Made by a program: the position numbers and the translations under genes. A model generated the notes under the pieces. That model was given only the letters and a program-made list of their open reading frames with translations. It had not been told where the DNA came from and searched no databases. From contig JBGPPK010000018.1 of NCBI GenBank assembly GCA_041488515.1, forward strand, positions 18,427-82,426: 64,000 bases of DNA, given 5' to 3'. The number at the start of each line of letters is the position of its first letter. Position 1 is the first letter of the stretch. Source of the stretch: Terriglobia bacterium. GTDB lineage: Bacteria > Acidobacteriota > Terriglobia > Terriglobales > Acidobacteriaceae. Below, one piece after another: positions 47,416 to 55,396 of the stretch.

Positions 47416-47811
47416 ATGAAAAGAAGGAAAGACCCTCCTGGTTACCCTGGTGATGAAGCCGTCCTGAAAGCCTTAGGAGACGCCTTGCGCGACATTCGCA
47501 TTGAGAAGGGCATGTCTCTTGAACAGGCTGATGCAGCTTTTAGAGAAACCTTGAAACAAGATTTATACCCGCGGCTGCCGCGAGCGTTGGGAATCGTCGT
47601 GCGGCGGCTGCGCGAAAAACAGAACATGTCACGGGCGCAATTGAGCGGTGCTTCTGGCTTGTCTGCACGCTTCCTCAGCAGCCTTGAACGTGGCAAGGCC
47701 AGCAATGCAACCGTCACACAAATCGTGCGGCTCTCCTTCGGATTGAACTGTCCGGTTACGGATTTGGTCAATGAAGTCGTGGCGATGGAGGAGCAATTGA
47801 GATCAGAGTAG
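47416..47811 (+). CDS. XRE-family helix-turn-helix regulator
   Basis: ..VRRLREKQNMSRAQLSGASGLSARFLSSLERGKASNATVTQIVRLS.., preceded by a partial second HTH-like unit. Confidence 0.75.
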   Translation: MKRRKDPPGYPGDEAVLKALGDALRDIRIEKGMSLEQADAAFRETLKQDLYPRLPRALGIVVRRLREKQNMSRAQLSGASGLSARFLSSLERGKASNATVTQIVRLSFGLNCPVTDLVNEVVAMEEQLRSE

Positions 47812-47913
47812 CTGGGAAGCAGCCGCCGTGAAGGTTCCCTGATCGGCCCGATGCGATGCCGCCACCCGCACCTCTCAAATGATCTCCCATGCAGTCAAGG
47901 ACCCGAAACTGAC

Positions 47914-48276
47914 ATGAATGAAAATGACCAGATTATTTCCCGCTATACGCGCGCTCAGGCCATTGAGGACGGTGTCCTGGTCGATGTAACTGAACAGGCC
48001 AAAGAGACCGGGTTACTCTTACCCACCGTCATTACCGATCACGTGCACCACGTACTGGAAGACATTCCAAAAGAGAGCTTAGGCCAGGATTATCGTGGCC
48101 GGCTCCACGACGTTCTCTGGATGGCGTATCTCAAGCTGCGGGGCCTCAAGAGCAAAGGAATCAAAGAGAACGATTTTCCTACCGAATTCCAGGTCATCAT
48201 CGACGCCCAGACGCATTCGCTGTGGATTGACGCAGACGGTGACGGTTTCACCGTCATGTACCCAGAGGACTACTGA
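47914..48276 (+). CDS. Small conserved plasmid/ICE-type hypothetical protein
   Basis: MNENDQIISRYTRAQAIEDGVLVDVTEQA... I recall this N-terminal pattern from mobile-element proteins but cannot name the family with confidence. Confidence 0.55.
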   Translation: MNENDQIISRYTRAQAIEDGVLVDVTEQAKETGLLLPTVITDHVHHVLEDIPKESLGQDYRGRLHDVLWMAYLKLRGLKSKGIKENDFPTEFQVIIDAQTHSLWIDADGDGFTVMYPEDY

Positions 48277-48284
48277 CGCGCACC

Positions 48285-48653
48285 ATGATGCGCTCATTAA
48301 GTGCACCTTACGGTGCCACCATCAGCCTTGATTTTCGGGAGCAATTCGGGGATCGCATCGAATTGGATTGCTTCCAGTTCGTAATCCCTCCGGTCGAGTT
48401 TCGCTTGGTTAGGAACGGCAGGCCACTACAGGAATGGCAAGCGGCCAACACCGACATGTACGACCTACAGCACGGGCCAGGAGTGCGGCGATGGGCACGT
48501 GACGATCACTGGTTCATCAATGACCTCGTGCATCGGCACGACGTCATGACCTGCGGGTTGTTATCCCAGAACGTGATGATGGAGACACGAGGCCTTGGAT
48601 TTGACTTTCGTCTGCTGATTTGGCTGCGCGAGAGTACACGACGCGGCCAATAG
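48285..48653 (+). CDS. Hypothetical protein
   Basis: 122-aa ORF, 8 nt after the preceding stop. Confidence 0.5.
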   Translation: MMRSLSAPYGATISLDFREQFGDRIELDCFQFVIPPVEFRLVRNGRPLQEWQAANTDMYDLQHGPGVRRWARDDHWFINDLVHRHDVMTCGLLSQNVMMETRGLGFDFRLLIWLRESTRRGQ

Positions 48654-48671
48654 ATTTGCTCGTAAACAAGG

Positions 48672-48977
48672 ATGTGTACAAAGATGCCTTCTATTCCCAT
48701 GCGTCGCTCCGATGACAATGTTCGGCTGGTAGTTGAAGCCACGTGCGGTTGTTGTGGGCCGATTCACAATTCACTTGCAGGTTGGGAAACGATAGAGGCC
48801 GCGTCCGCGCACACGGCGGAAACAGGCCACGTCGTAATTCTCAATGGAACGGTCGATCGCCCTGATCTCGAAGGTCTAGAAATTCTCCAGTTGTACTGCA
48901 ATTTCCCTTTCATTTCATCACCACAAATCCAGCGCACCCGAGTGCGCTGCGGCTCTTTCTATGTCATTTCACCTTGA
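48672..48977 (+). CDS. Small Cys-containing hypothetical protein
   Basis: 101-aa ORF (..VVEATCGCCGPIH..AHTAETGH..). Overlaps the kinase start by 17 nt. Confidence 0.45.
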   Translation: MCTKMPSIPMRRSDDNVRLVVEATCGCCGPIHNSLAGWETIEAASAHTAETGHVVILNGTVDRPDLEGLEILQLYCNFPFISSPQIQRTRVRCGSFYVISP

Positions 48978-49791
48978 TGCCGTACAGCACGTTAAGAGAA
49001 TGCGAGGAGGATCGCAATCGCACCTTCTCCGTGCCTCCGATGGAGGCCTCTATGTCACCAAATTCTCCAACAACCCCCAGCACGTCCGCGTACTCGCCAA
49101 CGAGATGCTGGCATCGCGGCTAGGCCGTTGGCTTGGCCTGCCGATGCCTGAAGTGGCTGTCATCGAAGTGTCCGATTGGCTGGTCCAGCACACGCCTGAG
49201 CTGTGTTTCGACACTGCCGGTCTGAGAGCCAAATGCAACAGTGGCCGCCAGCTTGGTTCACGGTATCCATGCGATCCCCTGGAAGACGTGCTCTTTGACT
49301 ATCTTCCCGAAAGCATGTTCACCAGAGTCAAAAACGCCGCTGACTTTGCGCGTGTACTCGTGCTGGATAAATGGACGGCCAATTGCGATGGGCGACAGGT
49401 GGTGTTCAGCAAGAGAGCGAAGCAACGCCTCTATACCGCGACATTCATTGATCAGGGTTATTGCTTCAATGCCGGAGAGTGGACGTTCCCAGATTCTCCG
49501 CTGCGGGGAGTCTATGCCCGTAACTGTGTCTACCAGCACGTAACCAGCTGGGAATCGTTTGAGCCCGCCCTGACCAGGGCCGAACAGGCTGACCCCGTTG
49601 ATATCTGGCGCTGCGCCGATGCCATCCCGCCCGAGTGGTACGGGCACGACCATGACGCCTTACAGGCACTTGTCGAAACACTTTACCAGCGACGACTCAA
49701 GATCCGCGACGTGATCACCGCTTTCCGGGAATCGAGCCGACAGCCGTTTCCCAGTTGGAAGTGTTCCACCACCCAAGTCTTCATGCCCTAG
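48961..49791 (+). CDS. HipA-like (PI3/4-kinase fold) Ser/Thr kinase
   Basis: VKRMRGGSQSHLLRASDGGLYVTKFSNNPQ..RVLANEMLASRLGRWLGLPMPE plus a catalytic-loop-like LVLDKWTANCDGRQ and ..TFIDQGYCF (DxG). Confidence 0.65.
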   Translation: MSFHLDAVQHVKRMRGGSQSHLLRASDGGLYVTKFSNNPQHVRVLANEMLASRLGRWLGLPMPEVAVIEVSDWLVQHTPELCFDTAGLRAKCNSGRQLGSRYPCDPLEDVLFDYLPESMFTRVKNAADFARVLVLDKWTANCDGRQVVFSKRAKQRLYTATFIDQGYCFNAGEWTFPDSPLRGVYARNCVYQHVTSWESFEPALTRAEQADPVDIWRCADAIPPEWYGHDHDALQALVETLYQRRLKIRDVITAFRESSRQPFPSWKCSTTQVFMP

Positions 49792-49858
49792 TGTGAAAGA
49801 CCAGAACCAGTTCGCGTAAAGCTCCCAACCTCCTGCCAAAACCAGAATCAGGTGAACC

Positions 49859-50086
49859 TTGAAACGTGACGATCTCTATCTTGCTCTTAACGCCATAACG
49901 CACGCACTAAGGTTTGCACAATCCGCCGCCAAGCCTTTTGCAATGGACGTGGACAAACTCGAGGCCGGGTCAAGGATTGCAGTCTCGGTCGCGTTTATCA
50001 AAAACCGTCTTTCGGATGCCCAGGAGTCGCTTTCTGCTGCAGAAGGAGAGGTTGCGCGTCTCTTGCATGAGGGCTTGATCGAGTAG
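49859..50086 (+). CDS. Small helical hypothetical protein
   Basis: 75-aa ORF with a TTG start preceded by AGGTGA. Confidence 0.4.
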   Translation: MKRDDLYLALNAITHALRFAQSAAKPFAMDVDKLEAGSRIAVSVAFIKNRLSDAQESLSAAEGEVARLLHEGLIE

Positions 50087-50132
50087 CGGAGCGTGAGCTG
50101 CTGACCAGACCGCTCAAACCAGGACAGCTCTT

Positions 50133-51170
50133 ATGAGAAACCAGGGAAAAATCAAACTTGGCTTTTACCCGTTGCCCGCAGCCGAAGCCAGCCGCCTGAA
50201 GAATTGTCTTCTCTTCAGGGAGCAGTTCTCAGCAGTTGATCCGTGCATCGGCGATGGTGTTGCCTTTTGCACGCTCTTGGAAGACGCCTCGGCCCATCGG
50301 TATGGAATTGAGATTGACGCCCATCGCGCAGAACAGGCCAAAGGCATGGGAATCAGCACCGTTCAGGCAAACGCGCTCGATGTGCGCTGTCCGGCGGAGA
50401 GCATTTCACTGCTCTACCTGAACCCGCCTTACGACTTTGAGGCCGGCACAAGCGGCAATCAACGACTGGAACGGGTGTTTCTGGAACACTCTTACCGGTG
50501 GCTCAAGCCGGCGGGGGTGCTGGTCTTTGTGATTCCACAACCGCAGTTGCAGCCCTGCGCCCGGCTGTTGGCGGAGCACTTTACGAATCTCCGCGTCTAT
50601 CGGCTTACTGACCCGGCCTGTCTCCAATACAGGCAAATTGCGGTACTGGGAGTGCGACGTAAACGCAATGAGCGCACAAGCGACGCGGCGCTGCTTGACA
50701 CGGCCCGATACCTCGAAGGTCTGTCGGCCAAGAACGATCTCGGAGCACTGGCCGGTGAACCCGATGGCCGATATGAGGTGCCCGGTTCTCAACCCATCGT
50801 TCTGACCAACACCGGTATTCCGCTCGATGAGGTCGAAGACCTTTTGCTTGGATCTGCCGCTTACCGCCAGGCCAGCCGGGTGCTGCTTCGCGAGCAAAGC
50901 AGTGTGCGCGGCAGACCTCTGACGCCTCTTCATGGCGGCCACGTTGGCCTGCTCTGTACGGCCGGAATGCTCAACGGAGTATTTGGGGAAGGCGAAGAGC
51001 GCCACATCGCCCACTGGCGTTCCGTCAAATTTACCGACCACTGGCAGGAAGAGGAGCCGGACGGGACCATTCTCATTCATGACCGCGAGCGCTTCTCGCA
51101 CGAACTGACGCTCATATTCGCCTGCGGCAAGACGCAAATTCTTACACATGAAAAGCAGAATCCATCATGA
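50133..51170 (+). CDS. SAM-dependent amino (N6-A/N4-C) DNA methyltransferase
   Basis: Motif I-like VDPCIGDGVAF and motif IV LLYLNPPYD. It resembles the orphan MTases common on ICEs (often labelled DUF6094). Confidence 0.75.
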   Translation: MRNQGKIKLGFYPLPAAEASRLKNCLLFREQFSAVDPCIGDGVAFCTLLEDASAHRYGIEIDAHRAEQAKGMGISTVQANALDVRCPAESISLLYLNPPYDFEAGTSGNQRLERVFLEHSYRWLKPAGVLVFVIPQPQLQPCARLLAEHFTNLRVYRLTDPACLQYRQIAVLGVRRKRNERTSDAALLDTARYLEGLSAKNDLGALAGEPDGRYEVPGSQPIVLTNTGIPLDEVEDLLLGSAAYRQASRVLLREQSSVRGRPLTPLHGGHVGLLCTAGMLNGVFGEGEERHIAHWRSVKFTDHWQEEEPDGTILIHDRERFSHELTLIFACGKTQILTHEKQNPS

Positions 51171-51841
51171 AGAACGCGCACCTTCGCTTTGGCTGGTTGA
51201 CTTACATGAAGATGACGGAGAAGAGCACCACGCATTTCAAGGTGCGTGTCGATCGATTTATTGGTGAAGTGCTGCCCGATCCACCGAGGCAGGCCAAAGC
51301 GCATTTTCTCTCCGTTTTCGGCACTGACACCCAGATTGCCGCTATCGGCGCGGCAATCTCGCTGGGCGACAAATTCATGTTTGAGGGGCCAAACGTCGCT
51401 TCCATTCGCATCGGCTTCGAGAAGAAAGCAGAGTGCTACAAAGGCGCACTGCAGCTCCCGGACAGAAAGAAACCGGTGAGGCATCTGGTCGGGATTTCGG
51501 AGGAGTTTGCTACCAATTCCAGCACCAATGCGGGACGAACATTGCTCGCAGGTTACGACTCAGCTTTTATCTGGACCTCGTTGGCACAGTTGCACGGTCT
51601 TCCCGGCACTCCAGAATGGGGCGACTGGTTCGTGGAACAGCTTGAGAATCAACAGGCGATTATTCCGCTGCTGGGCCTGGGATGCAGTCCGGTCCTCGTA
51701 AACGGCAGCAAGCAGAAGTTCCTGTCCTGGCTTGCAAAGGGAGTCAAATCCGGGCAGTTGAGAGTTCCGGAACATCCAGGGCCTACGCGCTGGCCAAGCC
51801 TAAGTTTGGAGCACATCTTCCTGGCCCCGCCCGCCTTCTAG
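51167..51841 (+). CDS. Hypothetical protein
   Basis: 224-aa ORF with an ATGA overlap onto the MTase stop. Confidence 0.55.
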   Translation: MKNAHLRFGWLTYMKMTEKSTTHFKVRVDRFIGEVLPDPPRQAKAHFLSVFGTDTQIAAIGAAISLGDKFMFEGPNVASIRIGFEKKAECYKGALQLPDRKKPVRHLVGISEEFATNSSTNAGRTLLAGYDSAFIWTSLAQLHGLPGTPEWGDWFVEQLENQQAIIPLLGLGCSPVLVNGSKQKFLSWLAKGVKSGQLRVPEHPGPTRWPSLSLEHIFLAPPAF

Positions 51842-51856
51842 ACTCTTCACCCGAAC

Positions 51857-52240
51857 CTAATCAGGTTTGCCGACAAAATGAACGTTGAGTGTCTGTTGGT
51901 CGCCTGAGCTATCAAAACCGGCAATGCGTACTTCATACGTATCTCCGGGCAAAAACCTGCGCAAGGTCATCCCAGAGTCCGTTTGCTGTGCGACCTGATA
52001 TTCTGATCCGAAAGTCTTCTTGAACGCATTGAGGTAGTCCTGCCTGTTCAGCCTGGTTGCGATCTGCCAGTCCACCTCAACTCGTGACGCTGTCCTTGAT
52101 ACCTGTGGTTCACGGACCAGGGTGCCACCCGCTGAACCCGTCTGATTGACAAGTCTCCTGACTTCAGCATCGACATCCTGATCAGATGCTTCCCGATGGC
52201 AAGCCACCAACTGCAGCGTGCAGCAGGCTAATAACACCAA
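51857..52240 (-). CDS. Putative small lipoprotein
   Basis: GTG start and a short leader with lipobox-like LVAC. 127 aa, no recognisable domain. Confidence 0.45.
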   Translation of the reverse strand: MVLLACCTLQLVACHREASDQDVDAEVRRLVNQTGSAGGTLVREPQVSRTASRVEVDWQIATRLNRQDYLNAFKKTFGSEYQVAQQTDSGMTLRRFLPGDTYEVRIAGFDSSGDQQTLNVHFVGKPD

Positions 52241-52306
52241 GTAAGCATTTAAAGGTCACGGTTGATGCTTCATCAGCCAACCCTCAATGTCTCGGCTACG
52301 ATTAAC

Positions 52307-52705
52307 TCAGTCAATGTGTTGAATGATTTCGTCCCGAACGCGGCGAAAGACTGCAAGCTTCTGCTCATGAGTTCCCTCCACCGCCGCAGGATCCTCAAAG
52401 CTCCAGTGCAGGAACTTGTAGGTCCGCGGAAATATCGGGCACCGCTCCCGGGCATTGTCACAAACTGTTACGACGTAAGGAATGTGCTGCCCCAACAGCG
52501 ACACAACGTCCTTCGATTGTTGGCGTGAAATATCGATGCCGATCTCCCGCATTGCTTCCACTGCAAGGGGATTGAGACCTTTCGGCTCGATCCCCGCACT
52601 CATGGCATCAAATCGGTTCCCGGCAGCTCGCCGGAGATATCCCTCTGCCATCTGGCTCCTGGCTGAATTGCCGGCACACAAAAACAGCACCTTAGGATTG
52701 CCCAC
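52307..52705 (-). CDS. arsC: Arsenate reductase, LMW-PTPase/thioredoxin-coupled type
   Basis: VLFLCAGNSARSQMAEG (CX5R-S) and VTVCDNARERCP (Cys82/Cys89 pair). Confidence 0.9.
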   Translation of the reverse strand: MGNPKVLFLCAGNSARSQMAEGYLRRAAGNRFDAMSAGIEPKGLNPLAVEAMREIGIDISRQQSKDVVSLLGQHIPYVVTVCDNARERCPIFPRTYKFLHWSFEDPAAVEGTHEQKLAVFRRVRDEIIQHID

Positions 52706-52904
52706 CTTTTCCTTCCTTCTTGAATATCAGTACGCTAGGCATCGTGAGAACTGAGGCAACGGTGGCCGCCACGAGCGACACCCGATTCACGCCTGACCAG
52801 AGAAGCACGACGATGGTAAATGCGGCGGTAAACATCTGGGAGATTCCCAGTACGAACCGGCCGAAGTCGCGACGTGAAGCGTGAACGCGCATTTGATTAT
52901 ACAA
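52692..52904 (-). CDS. Small 2-TM membrane protein
   Basis: 70-aa ORF overlapping the arsC start by 14 nt. Two hydrophobic helices. Confidence 0.4.
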   Translation of the reverse strand: MYNQMRVHASRRDFGRFVLGISQMFTAAFTIVVLLWSGVNRVSLVAATVASVLTMPSVLIFKKEGKGGQS

Positions 52905-52909
52905 TCGTA

Positions 52910-52927
52910 TATGCGTCTAAACGCATA
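52910..52927. promoter_or_regulatory. Candidate ArsR operator in divergent ars promoter region
   Basis: TATGCGTctaaACGCATA, 7-bp perfect arms, about 90 nt upstream of arsR. Confidence 0.4.
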
Positions 52928-53017
52928 CCCTGCCATCCGTGTGGCATAATACAGGAGAGCCACCCCGGATTGTCAAATCCGGCAAGAACGCTGATAGTGG
53001 CGGGAGGCACTGCGACG

Positions 53018-53416
53018 ATGAATATGATTGAGGAATACTTTAAGGGTCTTGCGGATGTCAACCGCCTGCGGATCATCAATTTGCTGCTCAACGGCGAATT
53101 GTGTGGCTGCGACATCCAGTACGTGGTCGGGGCATCTCAATCAAACGTATCACGGCATCTCGCCTATTTGAAGAAGTCGGGGCTCGTTTCTGATCGCCGA
53201 GTGGGTTACAGAGTCTATTACCGTCTGATCGAAAGTGACAGAGCGGAATATAAGGGATTGATTGCATATCTTCAAATAGCTTTCAAAGAGAAGCCCTTCT
53301 TGGCCGACACAAAAAAACTCAAGCGGGCAATCAAGGATGGTGCTTGCAGCGTGAGCGAATTGAATCCTGGCCTGGTTTCTGCCCGTTCAGGATTACAAGC
53401 CCACGGGAGGAGATAG
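53018..53416 (+). CDS. arsR: ArsR/SmtB family metalloregulator
   Basis: ..[47 protein letters not shown].. with the ELCxCD metal site. Confidence 0.9.
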   Translation: MNMIEEYFKGLADVNRLRIINLLLNGELCGCDIQYVVGASQSNVSRHLAYLKKSGLVSDRRVGYRVYYRLIESDRAEYKGLIAYLQIAFKEKPFLADTKKLKRAIKDGACSVSELNPGLVSARSGLQAHGRR

Positions 53417-53424
53417 AGAGCCAG

Positions 53425-54555
53425 ATGAGCACAGAGGTAAGTCGCACCAGCAATTCTGATCTGTGTACACCGGGAAGACGGCAGCGTCTCGGATTTCTTG
53501 ACCGTTATCTCACGTTATGGATTTTCCTGGCAATGATTCTGGGGGTTGCGATTGGGCACTTTCTCCCAGGCACGACATCTCTTATTGGGCGTTTCCAGAG
53601 TGGCACGACCAACATTCCGATTGCGTTGGGTTTGATTCTGATGATGTATCCGCCGCTCGCCAAAGTGCAGTATGAGCGGCTGGGCAAAGTCTTTCGCAAT
53701 CGAAAGGTCCTCGGGTTGTCCCTGTTGCAGAACTGGGTTATCGGGCCAATCCTGATGTTCCTGCTGGCGGTCACGTTTCTCCGAGGCTATCCCGAGTACA
53801 TGACGGGCCTCATACTCATCGGGGTGGCCCGCTGCATTGCCATGGTCATCGTTTGGAACGAACTGGCCAAAGGCGATTCTGATTACGCCGCCGGCCTCGT
53901 CGCCTTCAACAGCGTTTTCCAGGTCCTTTTTTACAGCGTCTATTCCTGGCTCTTCATCACAGTTCTTCCACCACTCCTCGGATTGAAGGGCAGCGTCGTT
54001 CAGGTCAGCATCAGACAAATTGCTGATAGCGTTTTCATATATCTCGGGATTCCTTTTCTTGCCGGTATGTTAACCCGCGTTGTCCTGTTGAGGGCAAAAG
54101 GCCGAGACTGGTATACCACTCGTTTCATTCCCCTGATAAGTCCGCTCACTCTGGCTGCGCTCCTGTTCACCATTGTGGTGATGTTCAGCCTGAAGGGTAA
54201 TCTGATCGTCCAGCTGCCGTTTGACGTGGCGCGAATTGCAATTCCTCTCTTGATTTACTTTGTCGTCATGTTCCTGGTGAGCTTTTGGATGGGCCGGAAG
54301 GTTGGAGCTGATTACAGCAAAACCACGACCCTGGCATTCACGGCGGCCAGCAACAACTTTGAACTTGCAATCGCCGTTGCCGTTGCCGTATTTGGAGTGA
54401 ACTCGGGCGTTGCCTTTGCCGCTGTCATCGGACCGTTGGTCGAGGTGCCGGTAATGATCGGACTTGTCAGCGTGGCGTTTTGGTTCCAGCGTCGTTACTT
54501 TGCAGCGGGATTGGGCAAGGTCGCGACTGCGTTTTCAGAATTGGGAGTCAAATGA
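53425..54555 (+). CDS. acr3: ACR3 family arsenite efflux transporter
   Basis: ..[23 protein letters not shown].., ..[13 protein letters not shown].., about 10 TM helices. The start is taken at MSTEV. Confidence 0.9.
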   Translation: MSTEVSRTSNSDLCTPGRRQRLGFLDRYLTLWIFLAMILGVAIGHFLPGTTSLIGRFQSGTTNIPIALGLILMMYPPLAKVQYERLGKVFRNRKVLGLSLLQNWVIGPILMFLLAVTFLRGYPEYMTGLILIGVARCIAMVIVWNELAKGDSDYAAGLVAFNSVFQVLFYSVYSWLFITVLPPLLGLKGSVVQVSIRQIADSVFIYLGIPFLAGMLTRVVLLRAKGRDWYTTRFIPLISPLTLAALLFTIVVMFSLKGNLIVQLPFDVARIAIPLLIYFVVMFLVSFWMGRKVGADYSKTTTLAFTAASNNFELAIAVAVAVFGVNSGVAFAAVIGPLVEVPVMIGLVSVAFWFQRRYFAAGLGKVATAFSELGVK

Positions 54556-54764
54556 ATTGCTATGATTGCGCGCTGGAATTGGCAGACAATCCAGCGGTCG
54601 CAGTTTGTAACATGTGCTCGGCACGAATCTGCCGCAAACATCTGGTAGAAACCGACCGGGCTGTCACCGTGACACGGATTTTGAACCGGGAAGAAGAGCT
54701 GCCGTTGAAGGTCAGGAAGCTCCTTTGTCACAAATGCAGCCTGGCGCTACGACAGCCTTCGTAG
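54552..54764 (+). CDS. DUF2180-like Cys-rich small protein
   Basis: MNCYDCALE...[16 protein letters not shown]...LLCHKCS. ATGA overlap with the acr3 stop. Confidence 0.6.
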   Translation: MNCYDCALELADNPAVAVCNMCSARICRKHLVETDRAVTVTRILNREEELPLKVRKLLCHKCSLALRQPS

Positions 54765-54808
54765 TGCAGGAGTTTGGATTTGCCAAGGTCTCGACGAGCC
54801 AAAACAAG

Positions 54809-55219
54809 GTGAAGACAATAATCTTCGCATGTGTCCACAACGCCGGCAGATCACAGATGGCGGCGGCATTTTTTAACAAGTACGCTGATCCAACGAAAGC
54901 AAGGGCCTTTTCAGCGGGGACTCATCCAGCCGAACGTGTTCATCCAGAAGTGATTGAAGCGATGCGTGAAATTGGAATAGATCTCAGTACTGCGCAACCG
55001 CAAAAACTGACCCCAGAATTAGCCCAAGAGGCCAATCTGCTCATCACGATGGGATGCGGCGACGAATGTCCCTTTATTCCCGGTTTGAGACGGGACGACT
55101 GGCCTCTCGCCGACCCTAAGGGCAAAGGAATTGAGCAAGCGCGGCAAATCCGAGACGAAATCGAAAAGCACGTGATGCTTCAGATCACCTCTGAGCAGGT
55201 AGGCCACCCCGGCCAGTAA
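54809..55219 (+). CDS. arsC: Second LMW-PTPase-type arsenate reductase
   Basis: GTG start, VKTIIFACVHNAGRSQMAAAFF, and ..ITMGCGDECP... Confidence 0.85.
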   Translation: MKTIIFACVHNAGRSQMAAAFFNKYADPTKARAFSAGTHPAERVHPEVIEAMREIGIDLSTAQPQKLTPELAQEANLLITMGCGDECPFIPGLRRDDWPLADPKGKGIEQARQIRDEIEKHVMLQITSEQVGHPGQ

Positions 55220-55396
55220 CAGGCGCCCCAACAGCACGACCGACATAGCGCAAGATTTTGGATAGACGCCCGACTCTTGCCCGGCAGGCGCTCATCCTCC
55301 TCTGATAAGGGTTCAGTGGAATCTCGCGCTGTTGAGTCGCCGCCGCAGAGTTATGTGGCCATCTCCTAACCTGACTATTGAAGAAAGGCACGTCCC

